A DNA stretch of 29,010 nucleotides, taken from assembly GCA_038893835.1 (NCBI GenBank), contig JAWAQR010000016.1:1-29010 (forward strand), in the 5' to 3' direction. This document shows positions 1 through 11,726 of this stretch, one piece after another. The position numbers were made by a program, and so were the translations under genes. The notes under the pieces are model-generated. The model was given only the letters and a program-made list of their open reading frames with translations, ran no database searches and had not been told where the DNA came from. The first letter of the stretch is position 1, and every line of letters begins with the position of its first letter. This DNA is from Archaeoglobaceae archaeon. GTDB taxonomy: Archaea > Halobacteriota > Archaeoglobi > Archaeoglobales > Archaeoglobaceae.

Positions 1-57
1 GCAGGAATGGAAGGCTGAAAATATAATGAGAAAGTTAAAGAAGCCACATCTTCTTCA

Positions 58-480
58 GACAAGTCATGTATGCTTTACGCCGGAACCCTCGTAACTTCTG
101 ATGGGGAAAAGCTGTAGTTGTGGTATTAATCGTTAAATTAGAGCGATTTGCTAGACAACTCTCGCTTGGAATTGTGATCGTCTCAATCTTTTCTCTTTGT
201 TCTCGGAATTCTAAGAGGTTATGAAGCCTTTGGAATTAGGAAAATGGCGATTGTAAAGCTTATGACAAAAAGATGGGGAAATATATGCGGAATAACTATG
301 AGCTCGTTTTTGAAAAAAGGGAGGGACTTCTAAGCTAAAACCTTTGCAATTCAATTCACCATAACAACATTTGGCGTTATGCAACTTGAGCCCATGACAT
401 TTTATGAATGGTTGCTTACAATTGCAGCAACCTTCAGCGTTTTCTTCGCTATAGAAATTGAAAAAAGAATTAGATTTTGA
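58..480 (+). pseudogene. Degraded cation-transporting P-type ATPase (type II-like) remnant
   Basis: Manual translation across frames gives DKSCMLYAGTLVTS / WGKAVVV (actuator region), LIVKLERFARQLSLGIVIVSIF / LFVLGILRGYE (TM3), GIRKMAIVKL (post-TM4) and MQLEPMTFYEWLLTIAATFSVFFAIEIEKRIRF* (C-terminus, TGA 478-480). Frameshifts and large deletions separate the pieces. No PEGL or DKTGT motif. May begin left of the window. Confidence 0.7.
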
Positions 481-595
481 TCAGATCAATTTAACTCCAT
501 TTTCTTCAAATTCTGAAATCTTTTTAGTCTAGAACACACTTTTTCAGTTCTTAAAGTTCAAAGTAATAGCTTCCACAAGAAATAAAGGGGGGCCC

Positions 596-1594
<999 letters not shown>

Positions 1595-1611
1595 CTAAGT
1601 GTATTTGAGCA

Positions 1612-2193
1612 TCATATTTTTTTCGCTATGATCCAAAAATCGAATCCTTTCCTGCAGTGCTCGATGTCAAACCCCTTCTTTTCTAGAATTAAAGCTATTT
1701 CTTCAACTCTATGAAAGTCTTTCCACTTCTTCGAAAGATTTGTCGCGTATTCTAAACCAAGTATGAAGGATAGAAAAGTTTCTGAGATCATCTTTATTGG
1801 CAAAGGAACTTCTGAGTTTAGATCTGCAATTGCAAGAATTCCATTTCTCTTCAAAATTCTTTCAGCCTCTTTTAAAGCTTTTTCAACATCGAGTTCATGG
1901 AGGGCAAAGCAAAAGACTGCAAGATCGAAAATCCCATTCTTAAATGGCAATTCTGTAGCATCAGCCAAAATACCCTTCGCAATTCTACACATCTCTTTTG
2001 AGGAATCTATGCACACGATTTCTGCTTCTGGAAAAAAATCTTCTAGCTCCTCCTTTAAAATTCCTGGTCCGCTACAAATATCGATGATCAATTTTGGATC
2101 AACATGCTTTGAAATCTCCCTTGCAAAAGCCCTGTAATACCACCTGTTGAGTTCGGCCCATTTTCTATATCTTTCCGCAATTCTGTCCCACAT
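1612..2193 (-). CDS. Class I SAM-dependent methyltransferase (UbiE/Methyltransf_11-like)
   Basis: IIDICSGPG motif I, acidic CIDSS, ADATELPF..FDL, FALHE, ERILKRNG. Confidence 0.85.
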   Translation of the reverse strand: MWDRIAERYRKWAELNRWYYRAFAREISKHVDPKLIIDICSGPGILKEELEDFFPEAEIVCIDSSKEMCRIAKGILADATELPFKNGIFDLAVFCFALHELDVEKALKEAERILKRNGILAIADLNSEVPLPIKMISETFLSFILGLEYATNLSKKWKDFHRVEEIALILEKKGFDIEHCRKGFDFWIIAKKI

Positions 2194-2199
2194 AACGTA

Positions 2200-2994
2200 T
2201 CATTTACTTATCACCATTTTCGCTTCCGAAACAATTTCCATTCCTCTCTCTCCAAAAAGCCTCTTTATATCTTCTTCGTTTTTCACTATATCGCTACAAA
2301 ATGCGAATCCATTTTTGAGCAACTCCTCAATTTCTCTGCTACTGATTTTTAAAATTGTAATTGGATAAAGACCTTTTCCCTCCAACAACGATTCTATACC
2401 CTCTTTTTCAGGATATCTCCACCCAGTAAGCTTTATTCCTTTGCATTCGGCAAATTTAATCGCATCTCCGGAGAACTTCGTGTTTGTGAATACCCATAAT
2501 CCATCGAAGTCGTTCACTTCTACTATGTCGAGAAATCTTGCATAAGAGTAGAGAACTTCCTTTATACCAGTATAGCTTGGCGTATTGTGGAACTTGCACT
2601 CGATGAGAAACTTCTTTTCTTTCTCAGCAATAACGTCAACTTCATGGGTTACACATTTACCTTTCAAGATCTCGTTAGTCTTGGTTCTATAGCCATGTTC
2701 TCTGAGCAGGGCTGATACGAACTTTTCAAAACTATAACCCGCCGGTCCTAGGCGGAGGAGGGAGGATTTTAGAGAGTATTTTGCAGAAACTTTTTTCGAA
2801 AATTTTTCTATCTCTGCAAGCACAAGATTTAAAATTTCTTCTGTCGTAATACCATCATATACTTTTTTCCTAACTTCTTCAGCCACTTTTTTTGCCAAAT
2901 CCAAGCTCAGCCCAGCTCGAATTACGGTTTTCACGATTTTATCTTCTCTAAAATCCTCGAGTTTTCCATCCCTTTTCCTAACTTTCATTTTCAT
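2200..2994 (-). CDS. ATP-cone domain fused to Mrr-like PD-(D/E)XK endonuclease
   Basis: N-terminal VRKRDGKLEDFREDKI...ITTEEI is typical of ATP-cones. Then FEKFVSALLREHGY, HEVDVIAEK, LIECKFH and VFTNTKFS as in Mrr-type nucleases. Start could be 2988. Confidence 0.8.
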   Translation of the reverse strand: MKMKVRKRDGKLEDFREDKIVKTVIRAGLSLDLAKKVAEEVRKKVYDGITTEEILNLVLAEIEKFSKKVSAKYSLKSSLLRLGPAGYSFEKFVSALLREHGYRTKTNEILKGKCVTHEVDVIAEKEKKFLIECKFHNTPSYTGIKEVLYSYARFLDIVEVNDFDGLWVFTNTKFSGDAIKFAECKGIKLTGWRYPEKEGIESLLEGKGLYPITILKISSREIEELLKNGFAFCSDIVKNEEDIKRLFGERGMEIVSEAKMVISK

Positions 2995-3032
2995 AGATGA
3001 TTTACTGCAAAAAATTTAAGCTTTTGGGTAAG

Positions 3033-3040
3033 AAAAAAAA
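3033..3040 (-). terminator. Putative oligo-T terminator after cdc48-hsp20
   Basis: Run of 8 T on the minus strand 7 nt after the hsp20 stop; archaeal intrinsic terminators are oligo-U tracts. Confidence 0.5.
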
Positions 3041-3047
3041 TAGAAAT

Positions 3048-3569
3048 CTATTCGATCTTGATTTTCTTTCCGCTTCCAGCTTTCTTGATCAAAATCACTT
3101 CCAAGACTCCATTGTTGTATCTGGCTTTTGCAGAATCTGGATCAACTTCTGCAGGTAAATTCACGATCTCATGATACTTCCGCGTCTCACCTTCAGCTTT
3201 GATTTCGAGCGATCTTTCAGTTGCTTTTAGCTCTATATCCTCCTTTTTCACTCCAGGCATCTCCGCTATTACCTGAATCTCATTGTCCGTCTCTATAACG
3301 TCAACAAGTGGTTTTCTTTCCTCAACACCCATTTCTTTTATCAAGGGCTTTGTTCCGAACTCCCTTATTTCCGGTCTACCATCCGGACCAATTCTGATTG
3401 AGAAACCTCGAATTATTGGTCTCATTTCTCTAACTTCACCGAATCTGAAAGCGTTTTCGATGTCTCGCATCATCCTTCTAAAGATTTCATCGAATTCTCT
3501 AAATGGATCCCAATCCCAGAAATCCTCCTCATCCTCCTCTCTATCCTTTCTCCTCCTTCTCCAAACCAT
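3048..3569 (-). CDS. hsp20: Small heat shock protein Hsp20
   Basis: PLVDVIE, AEMPGV.KEDI and AKARYNNGVLEV alpha-crystallin motifs; archaeal GFSIRIGPDGRPEIREFG segment; GGTGA RBS. Confidence 0.95.
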   Translation of the reverse strand: MVWRRRRKDREEDEEDFWDWDPFREFDEIFRRMMRDIENAFRFGEVREMRPIIRGFSIRIGPDGRPEIREFGTKPLIKEMGVEERKPLVDVIETDNEIQVIAEMPGVKKEDIELKATERSLEIKAEGETRKYHEIVNLPAEVDPDSAKARYNNGVLEVILIKKAGSGKKIKIE

Positions 3570-3578
3570 ACGATCACC

Positions 3579-5819
<2,241 letters not shown>

Positions 5820-5864
5820 CTAAACAATTTTTATTTTGAGTATAAAAAGACTTGTGGTGATTTG

Positions 5865-7025
5865 ATGAGAGTTGCGGTATTCGATGCTTTCAATGGAGCT
5901 AGTGGAGACATGATAGTAGCATCCCTCCTTGGAATCACGTTGAAGGAGGAGGATCTGAGAAAAACAATCGATGATCTGGAACTGGAAATAGAAATAGAGG
6001 TCAGAGAGGTTAGTAAAAGAAGTTTAAGAGCAAAAAAAGTTTTTGTAAAGGAAAAGAAAAAAGAAAGAAGTTTTTTGGAAGTCATAGATTTAGTGGAGTC
6101 CTCAAAACTTGAGGAAAAGGTGAAGGAGGATGTAAAGAAAATCTTTGAAATTCTTGCAAGAGCTGAAGGAGTTGTGCATGGTAGGGATTACAAGAATGCA
6201 GTTTTTCACGAAGTTGGAGGAGATGATGCTATCTTTGACATCGTTTGCTCTGCAATTGGAATTAGAAGGCTAATTGAGAAAGGTTATAGGATATTCTCGA
6301 AGCCAATAAGAGTTGGAAGCGGATTTGTGAGTTTTTCGCACGGCACTTATCCAGTCCCAACTCCTGTAGTCCTAGAAATCCTCAAGAATTCAAAACTGGA
6401 AATAATCTTGGAAGGGAATGGAGAACTTTTAACCCCAACTGGGGCAGCAATTCTAACTCATTATTGCGAAGGAGTATTCAGGTTTCCCATTTTAGTTGAG
6501 GAAATTTCTTATGGGGCCGGAACTAGAGAGAGTGAGGTTCCAAACGTCCTGAGGTTGATCCTTGGGCGTTCTGAGCTCTATGACAGCATTGCAGTTCTTG
6601 AAACTGTTATCGATGATCTGAGTTGTGAGGAAATAGGTTTTTCACTCGAAAGGATAAGAGAAAAAAGTCTGGATTTAATTGCAATTCCGGCAATGGGTAA
6701 AAAATCGAGACCGGCAATACTTTTGAAAGTAATAACGAGGATGGAAGATTCTGAAGAAGTGGCAATGAGTCTGATGAGAGAAACTGGGACTCTTGGGGTT
6801 AGAATAATTCCAGTATATCATAGAATGATTGCCGATAGGGAGATTGAGGAAAGAGAAGTGGAAATAATGGGTAAGAAGTTCAAAGTTAGATTCAAACGCT
6901 CCAGAACTCTTGGAACTTTGAAACCTGAATTCGATGATGTCGCAAAAATTGCAAAAGAACTTGAAATGCCAATCTTCAAGGTTTACAGAATTCTGGGGTG
7001 TTTAGATGTTTATTCCGAGCGGTAG
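5865..7025 (+). CDS. larC: Nickel pincer cofactor biosynthesis protein LarC (DUF111)
   Basis: FDAFNGASGDM, FHEVG..D, HGTYPVP, GELLTPTGAAIL, ETGTLGVR and KPEFDD motifs. ATG 5865 chosen because it follows a GGTGA RBS. Confidence 0.92.
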   Translation: MRVAVFDAFNGASGDMIVASLLGITLKEEDLRKTIDDLELEIEIEVREVSKRSLRAKKVFVKEKKKERSFLEVIDLVESSKLEEKVKEDVKKIFEILARAEGVVHGRDYKNAVFHEVGGDDAIFDIVCSAIGIRRLIEKGYRIFSKPIRVGSGFVSFSHGTYPVPTPVVLEILKNSKLEIILEGNGELLTPTGAAILTHYCEGVFRFPILVEEISYGAGTRESEVPNVLRLILGRSELYDSIAVLETVIDDLSCEEIGFSLERIREKSLDLIAIPAMGKKSRPAILLKVITRMEDSEEVAMSLMRETGTLGVRIIPVYHRMIADREIEEREVEIMGKKFKVRFKRSRTLGTLKPEFDDVAKIAKELEMPIFKVYRILGCLDVYSER

Positions 7026-7665
7026 CAGTTGTATCGACTCTTTGCTTGGTGGAGGAGTTGAGACGGGGACCGTTACTCAGATATATGGTGCTAGTGGAAC
7101 TGGTAAAACGACGCTTTGCCTCATGTTTGCGAAGAATGCTGCAAAGATGTACAAAGTTGCTTACGTTGATACAGAGGGGCTATCAGCTGAAAGGGTGAAA
7201 CAGATCTTTCGTGATGACATCTCTCTCTTTTCAAAGGTCTTCGTTCAGGAAGTTTTTACGTTCAAACAGCAAAGCAGCGCTCTCAAGGAAGCGGAAAAGC
7301 TTTGTAGAGAGGAGAATGTAAAGCTCGTAATCGTCGATAGCTTCACAGCATTATATAGAAGTGAGCTAGAAGATGAGGAGAGACAGGTAAAGGTTAAGAG
7401 AGAATTGACAGCTCAGCTAACTTTTTTGCTTGGACTTGCGAGAAAAATGGATCTTGCAGTTATAATAACAAATCAAATGTTCACGGATGTGAAAACTGGT
7501 CAGGATAGGCCATTAGGTGGAACGAGCATAGAGCATCTTTCCAAAACATCGATATTCTTGGAAAAAATTGGATCAGTCAGAAAGGCTACGCTGATGAAAC
7601 ATAGATTCAAAAAAGAGGGAGAAAGCTGCGAATTTATAATAACGGACAGGGGAATAGAGCCTTAA
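7006..7665 (+). CDS. radB: DNA repair and recombination protein RadB
   Basis: Short RecA-fold protein of 219 aa; LLGGG, Walker A GASGTGKT, VDTEG, IVDS, TNQ and the RadB-specific KHR patch. Confidence 0.93.
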   Translation: MFIPSGSSCIDSLLGGGVETGTVTQIYGASGTGKTTLCLMFAKNAAKMYKVAYVDTEGLSAERVKQIFRDDISLFSKVFVQEVFTFKQQSSALKEAEKLCREENVKLVIVDSFTALYRSELEDEERQVKVKRELTAQLTFLLGLARKMDLAVIITNQMFTDVKTGQDRPLGGTSIEHLSKTSIFLEKIGSVRKATLMKHRFKKEGESCEFIITDRGIEP

Positions 7666-8006
7666 AGAAGTGGTAAACTTCCAGTCACTTTGTCTATCCT
7701 TTTACTCTCATCCGGTCCAATAACTAATGCCGTAATCGTTCCAGGAGGTATCTCAGTTAATCCAGCATCCTCCACTATTGCCGTAGTAAGCTTTTCTCTT
7801 TCAGCTTTGTTCTTTATCTCAAAGAGTTCCTCGAGATTCTTTACTTTTAAGACTATCTTTTTCTGCCCTTCTCTAAGCCAAGCTTCTCTTTTTTCTTTCT
7901 CACTTTTCAAAAAGCCAAGAATGCTGGCATGAGCAACCTGAACTGCAAGTTTTCCTCTGGAGAGATTCAGATCTTCTCTAACCACTATCACCTGTTTAAG
8001 CTCCAT
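7662..8006 (-). CDS. pth2: Peptidyl-tRNA hydrolase Pth2
   Basis: KQVIVVREDL, GKLAVQVAHA, GQKKIVLK and DAGLTEIPPGT..ALVIGP. Start moved to ATG 8006 after a GGTGA RBS. Confidence 0.95.
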   Translation of the reverse strand: MELKQVIVVREDLNLSRGKLAVQVAHASILGFLKSEKEKREAWLREGQKKIVLKVKNLEELFEIKNKAEREKLTTAIVEDAGLTEIPPGTITALVIGPDESKRIDKVTGSLPLL

Positions 8007-8283
8007 TCTCTTCACCGAAGCCAAAAATCTTCAGCTCTTTCTCATCAAAAGCCCTAGACTTGCTCATCCATTTCATTCCGATCTCTAAACCCTTCTTTTC
8101 GTCGAATTCTCCAATAAAAATCTTTTCTCCGTCGAAGCTTACAACCTTCATTGGCACTGCGATGAATTTGTCTTGAACCTTTACGATTAAATGATCCCCG
8201 AAAACGTCGATACTCTCTCCATATTCCTTTCCATCTTTATATACAAATCTACAGATCAGATCCATGTCTTTCGATAACTTCAC
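7996..8283 (-). CDS. Conserved small archaeal beta-barrel protein (resembles DUF5749)
   Basis: CRFV.KDG..GESIDV...LIVK pattern; overlaps the pth2 start. Alternative start ATG 8265. Family assignment is from recall only. Confidence 0.6.
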   Translation of the reverse strand: MKLSKDMDLICRFVYKDGKEYGESIDVFGDHLIVKVQDKFIAVPMKVVSFDGEKIFIGEFDEKKGLEIGMKWMSKSRAFDEKELKIFGFGEENGA

Positions 8284-8297
8284 GTATTTAAATCCTT

Positions 8298-9062
8298 TTA
8301 CCCGAATCTCACTATTTCACAATCTCCTTCATAATTTTCCTCATAAATTCCTTTAAGCTTACCATTGCAAACAGGACAATTTTCCCTTTCCAGAACTGGA
8401 AATTCGAGGAACTCCATCTTACTCAAATCAAAACGAATAATTTTTCCAACTGTTAGCTTTCCATAGCCAGTGAGCAATTTAACAACCTCTAAAGCCTGCA
8501 TACATCCAAATAAACCCGCAACTGCTCCAATTATTGCCCTTCCATGCCCTTCTTTTGCTTTTGGAATGTAGCAGCGATAGCATGGTTTACCGAGGAATGT
8601 TGATAACTCCCCTTCAAATGCATAAACAGCGGAGTGGATAAAGGGTTTTGAAAGTATTCTACAGGTATCGTTGATTAGAAAGCGAATTCTAAAGTTATCA
8701 GGACAGCCAACGATGACTTCATAACCCTTAAAAATTTTCTCTGAATTTTTCGGTGTTAAATGATAAGGATAGATGTCAACAACAACATCTGGATTCAGTT
8801 TTTCTACAAAAATTCCCGCAGATTCTGCTTTATTCATTCCAATGTTTCCAGCGTGAATCGTTTGCCTTTGAAGATTCGATTTTTCCACTGTATCTCCATC
8901 CACTATACCAATCCTTCCAACACCGGCACATGCCAAGTATTGGATTACAGCACTTCCAAGGCCACCTGCTCCTATTACTAAGACTGACGAATTCAGAAGT
9001 TTTTCCTGCCCCTTAATGCCGAGAAGCTCTATTTGCCTTGAATACCTTTCGATGTCAAACAT
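8298..9062 (-). CDS. ThiF/MoeB/HesA family E1-like adenylyltransferase (UbaA-like)
   Basis: RYSRQ, GQEKL, GAGGLG, DGDTVEKSNLQRQ, CYRC and CPVC zinc motifs. Confidence 0.92.
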   Translation of the reverse strand: MFDIERYSRQIELLGIKGQEKLLNSSVLVIGAGGLGSAVIQYLACAGVGRIGIVDGDTVEKSNLQRQTIHAGNIGMNKAESAGIFVEKLNPDVVVDIYPYHLTPKNSEKIFKGYEVIVGCPDNFRIRFLINDTCRILSKPFIHSAVYAFEGELSTFLGKPCYRCYIPKAKEGHGRAIIGAVAGLFGCMQALEVVKLLTGYGKLTVGKIIRFDLSKMEFLEFPVLERENCPVCNGKLKGIYEENYEGDCEIVRFG

Positions 9063-10923
9063 CGAGATTTCTCACCTCTTTCGAATGGGCCATGATGAAG
9101 TTCTTTCTGCTCTCAACATCTTCACCCATGAGTATTTTAAATAGCTCATCCGCTTTTCTGGCATCTTCGATCTTAACCCGAATCAGAATTCTATTCTTCG
9201 GATTCATCGTTGTCTCCCATAGCTGTTCAGGATTCATTTCTCCAAGTCCCTTGTATCTCTGAACCTCAGCCTCTCCAATTTTTTCTAGAAGCTTTTTTAG
9301 TTCCGCATCGCTGTAAGCATAGTATATCTTTCCACCTTTTTTAACACCATAAAGTGGCGGCTGGGCTATGAAAAGGCGTCCTGCTTCGATCAATGGTCTC
9401 ATGTGTCTGTAAAAGAAGGCAAGCAGTAATGTACGAATGTGCGAACCATCAACGTCTGCGTCCGTCATTATTATAACCCTAGAATACCTCATTTTTTTGA
9501 GATCAAAGTTCTCATCTATTCCAGCTCCAATCGCTGCAATTATCGCTTTTATTTCCTCATTCTTCAGGATCTTTACCATTCCAGCCTTTTCAACATTTAT
9601 TATCTTTCCCCTTATAGGAAGTATTGCCTGAAATCTTCTATCTCTTGCCTGCTTTGCCGAACCACCTGCAGATTCGCCTTCAACTATAAAAAGCTCACGT
9701 TCTTCAACCTTCTTTGAAGAACAGTCTGCAAGCTTTCCTGGAAGGGTTATTGAAATTTCTTCTCTTCTCTTAACCAGTTCTTTTGTCCTCTTTGCAGCCT
9801 CTCTAGCCCTTTTAATGACGATTAACCTGTTTATCAGAGCTTCAGCCTCCTTTGGATTTTCTTCAAACCATTTCAGCATACCGGAATAAACAATGGATTC
9901 AACAGCGGTCTTAACTTCACTGTTTGTCAGCTTGCTTTTTGTCTGCCCTTCAAATTGCGGATTCGGAATTTTAACACTTATCACCGCAGTTAAACCTTCC
10001 CTAATCTCAGCCCCACTGAGAATTTCGAACTTCTTTAAGTTCTTCTTTCCATATTCATTTACAGCCCTCGTTAATCCAGCTTTAAAACCGATGACATGCG
10101 TCCCTCCATCCAAGTTCTTTATGTTGTTTGCAAATGCATGTACACTCTCAACTTCCGATTCCGTAAACTGTAAAGCAACTTCCACAATTATTCCATTTCT
10201 TTTCCCTTCCAAATATATTGGCTCATGTAAGACTTTTTTCCCTCTATTCAAGCTTTTTAAAAGACCAACTATGCCTTCTGTGAACAAAAATTCCTTTTCT
10301 TTCCCATTTCGCTCATCCTTTAAGATTATCTTCAGCCCAGCATTTAAATATGCTATCTCTTTTAACCTTTGTGAAACAGTATCGTAGTTGAATTCGAGGA
10401 CTTCAAATATTTCTGGATCAGGTTTAAATCTAACCTTTGTTCCAGTTCCATTCGCTTCTCCAACGATTAAAACATCAGTTTTTGGCACACCTCTTTCGTA
10501 TCTCTGATAGTAGACCTTTCCATCTCTTTTAACCCAAACTTCAAGCCATTCTGACAGTGCATTCACAACAGAAACGCCGACACCGTGCAAACCACCTGCG
10601 ACTTTGTAAACTTTATTTCCAAACTTTCCTCCAGCGTGGAGTTTCGTCATGACTATTTCCAAAGCAGGTCTACCAAGTTCATGCATGTCCACTGGTATCC
10701 CTCTGCCGTTATCCTCCACACTTGCCGAGCCGTCTGAGTGGAGTGTAACGATGATCTCATTACAAAAACCAGCTAGGGCTTCATCCACGCTGTTATCTAT
10801 AACTTCCCAAAGCAAATGATGAAGCCCTTTGCTACCTACATTACCAATATACATTCCCGGTCTTTTTCTTACAGCCTCAAGATCGTCGAGAACTGTTATG
10901 TCCTTTGCAGTATAGTCGTTCAC
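9055..10923 (-). CDS. gyrB: DNA gyrase subunit B
   Basis: AVRKRPGMYIG, EVIDNSVDE, GGLHGVG, FEGQTK, PGKLADC, EGESAGG, MTDADVDG and QRYKGLGEMNPEQL; short form of 622 aa; GTG start. Confidence 0.95.
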   Translation of the reverse strand: MNDYTAKDITVLDDLEAVRKRPGMYIGNVGSKGLHHLLWEVIDNSVDEALAGFCNEIIVTLHSDGSASVEDNGRGIPVDMHELGRPALEIVMTKLHAGGKFGNKVYKVAGGLHGVGVSVVNALSEWLEVWVKRDGKVYYQRYERGVPKTDVLIVGEANGTGTKVRFKPDPEIFEVLEFNYDTVSQRLKEIAYLNAGLKIILKDERNGKEKEFLFTEGIVGLLKSLNRGKKVLHEPIYLEGKRNGIIVEVALQFTESEVESVHAFANNIKNLDGGTHVIGFKAGLTRAVNEYGKKNLKKFEILSGAEIREGLTAVISVKIPNPQFEGQTKSKLTNSEVKTAVESIVYSGMLKWFEENPKEAEALINRLIVIKRAREAAKRTKELVKRREEISITLPGKLADCSSKKVEERELFIVEGESAGGSAKQARDRRFQAILPIRGKIINVEKAGMVKILKNEEIKAIIAAIGAGIDENFDLKKMRYSRVIIMTDADVDGSHIRTLLLAFFYRHMRPLIEAGRLFIAQPPLYGVKKGGKIYYAYSDAELKKLLEKIGEAEVQRYKGLGEMNPEQLWETTMNPKNRILIRVKIEDARKADELFKILMGEDVESRKNFIMAHSKEVRNLDV

Positions 10924-10961
10924 AAATTTAATTTTTTCTTCGGTTAATAAGCCTTCTCAAC

Positions 10962-11726
10962 TTATTCAAAAGCTTCTCTGGCAATAACAGCATTTTTCTC
11001 ACAATAGCGCTTCAATTTTATGTATTCCTGATTCCAGTCTATCTTTTTAGCCTTATCAGCTAGAACTTTTGCAATCCCTGAAATCATAAATGGTTTTATT
11101 CTATATTTATCAAAATATAAAATGCTTTTCGTTTCTTTTGCCAAATCAACTATTTCCTCAAACCTCTCCCCTGGTATCATGGGTCCCAAAAATATCCAAG
11201 TCTTTATTCCTTCATCAGCTATTTTTCTTAGAGCTTTAACCCTCTCACTTGGTAAAGGTGCATTTGGCTCTATAATCTTTGCAAGATCATCGTTTAAAGT
11301 TGTAATCGTAAAACCCACGTCAACTTTCTCGGAATTCTCTCTGATTATATCTAAATCCCGCAGAACCAAAGGACTCTTTGTCTGAATGCTGACTCTGAAT
11401 CCATTTTCAAGCAAAAACCTCAAAACTTCTCTACTCAACTTCTCATCTCTTTCAATGAACTGATAAGCATCAGTCGCTGTGCTTAGAGCGACTGTTCCCC
11501 TTTTAATCCTCCTTACTTCTCTAACAAGAACTTCCAAAATATTCTCCTTTACAACCACTATTTCTCCCCATCTCTCACCAATTCTCTTCTCGCAGTATAG
11601 CCTTGCGTAACAGTAAACGCAGCCATGCGCACAGCCAATGTAAGGATTTACAGTATAATCTAGCTCTGGAAGGTAGCTTTTTCTAATAGCTCTCTTTACT
11701 CTCCTTCTTTCCACTAAAAGCTGCAT
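10962..11726 (-). CDS. Radical SAM protein, SplB/Rv2578c-like (putative DNA repair)
   Basis: NPYIGCAHGCVYCYAR (CxxxCxxC), STATDAYQ, IQTKSPLVLRD and IEPNAP..ER. Start moved to ATG 11726, overlapping the nre stop. Confidence 0.85.
   Translation of the reverse strand: MQLLVERRRVKRAIRKSYLPELDYTVNPYIGCAHGCVYCYARLYCEKRIGERWGEIVVVKENILEVLVREVRRIKRGTVALSTATDAYQFIERDEKLSREVLRFLLENGFRVSIQTKSPLVLRDLDIIRENSEKVDVGFTITTLNDDLAKIIEPNAPLPSERVKALRKIADEGIKTWIFLGPMIPGERFEEIVDLAKETKSILYFDKYRIKPFMISGIAKVLADKAKKIDWNQEYIKLKRYCEKNAVIAREAFE

Noticed and set aside
1612-2994. Nuclease plus methyltransferase read as a restriction-modification pair
   Set aside because: The methyltransferase is short and UbiE-like, with no (D/N)PPY or PC motif of DNA methyltransferases; adjacency alone is insufficient.
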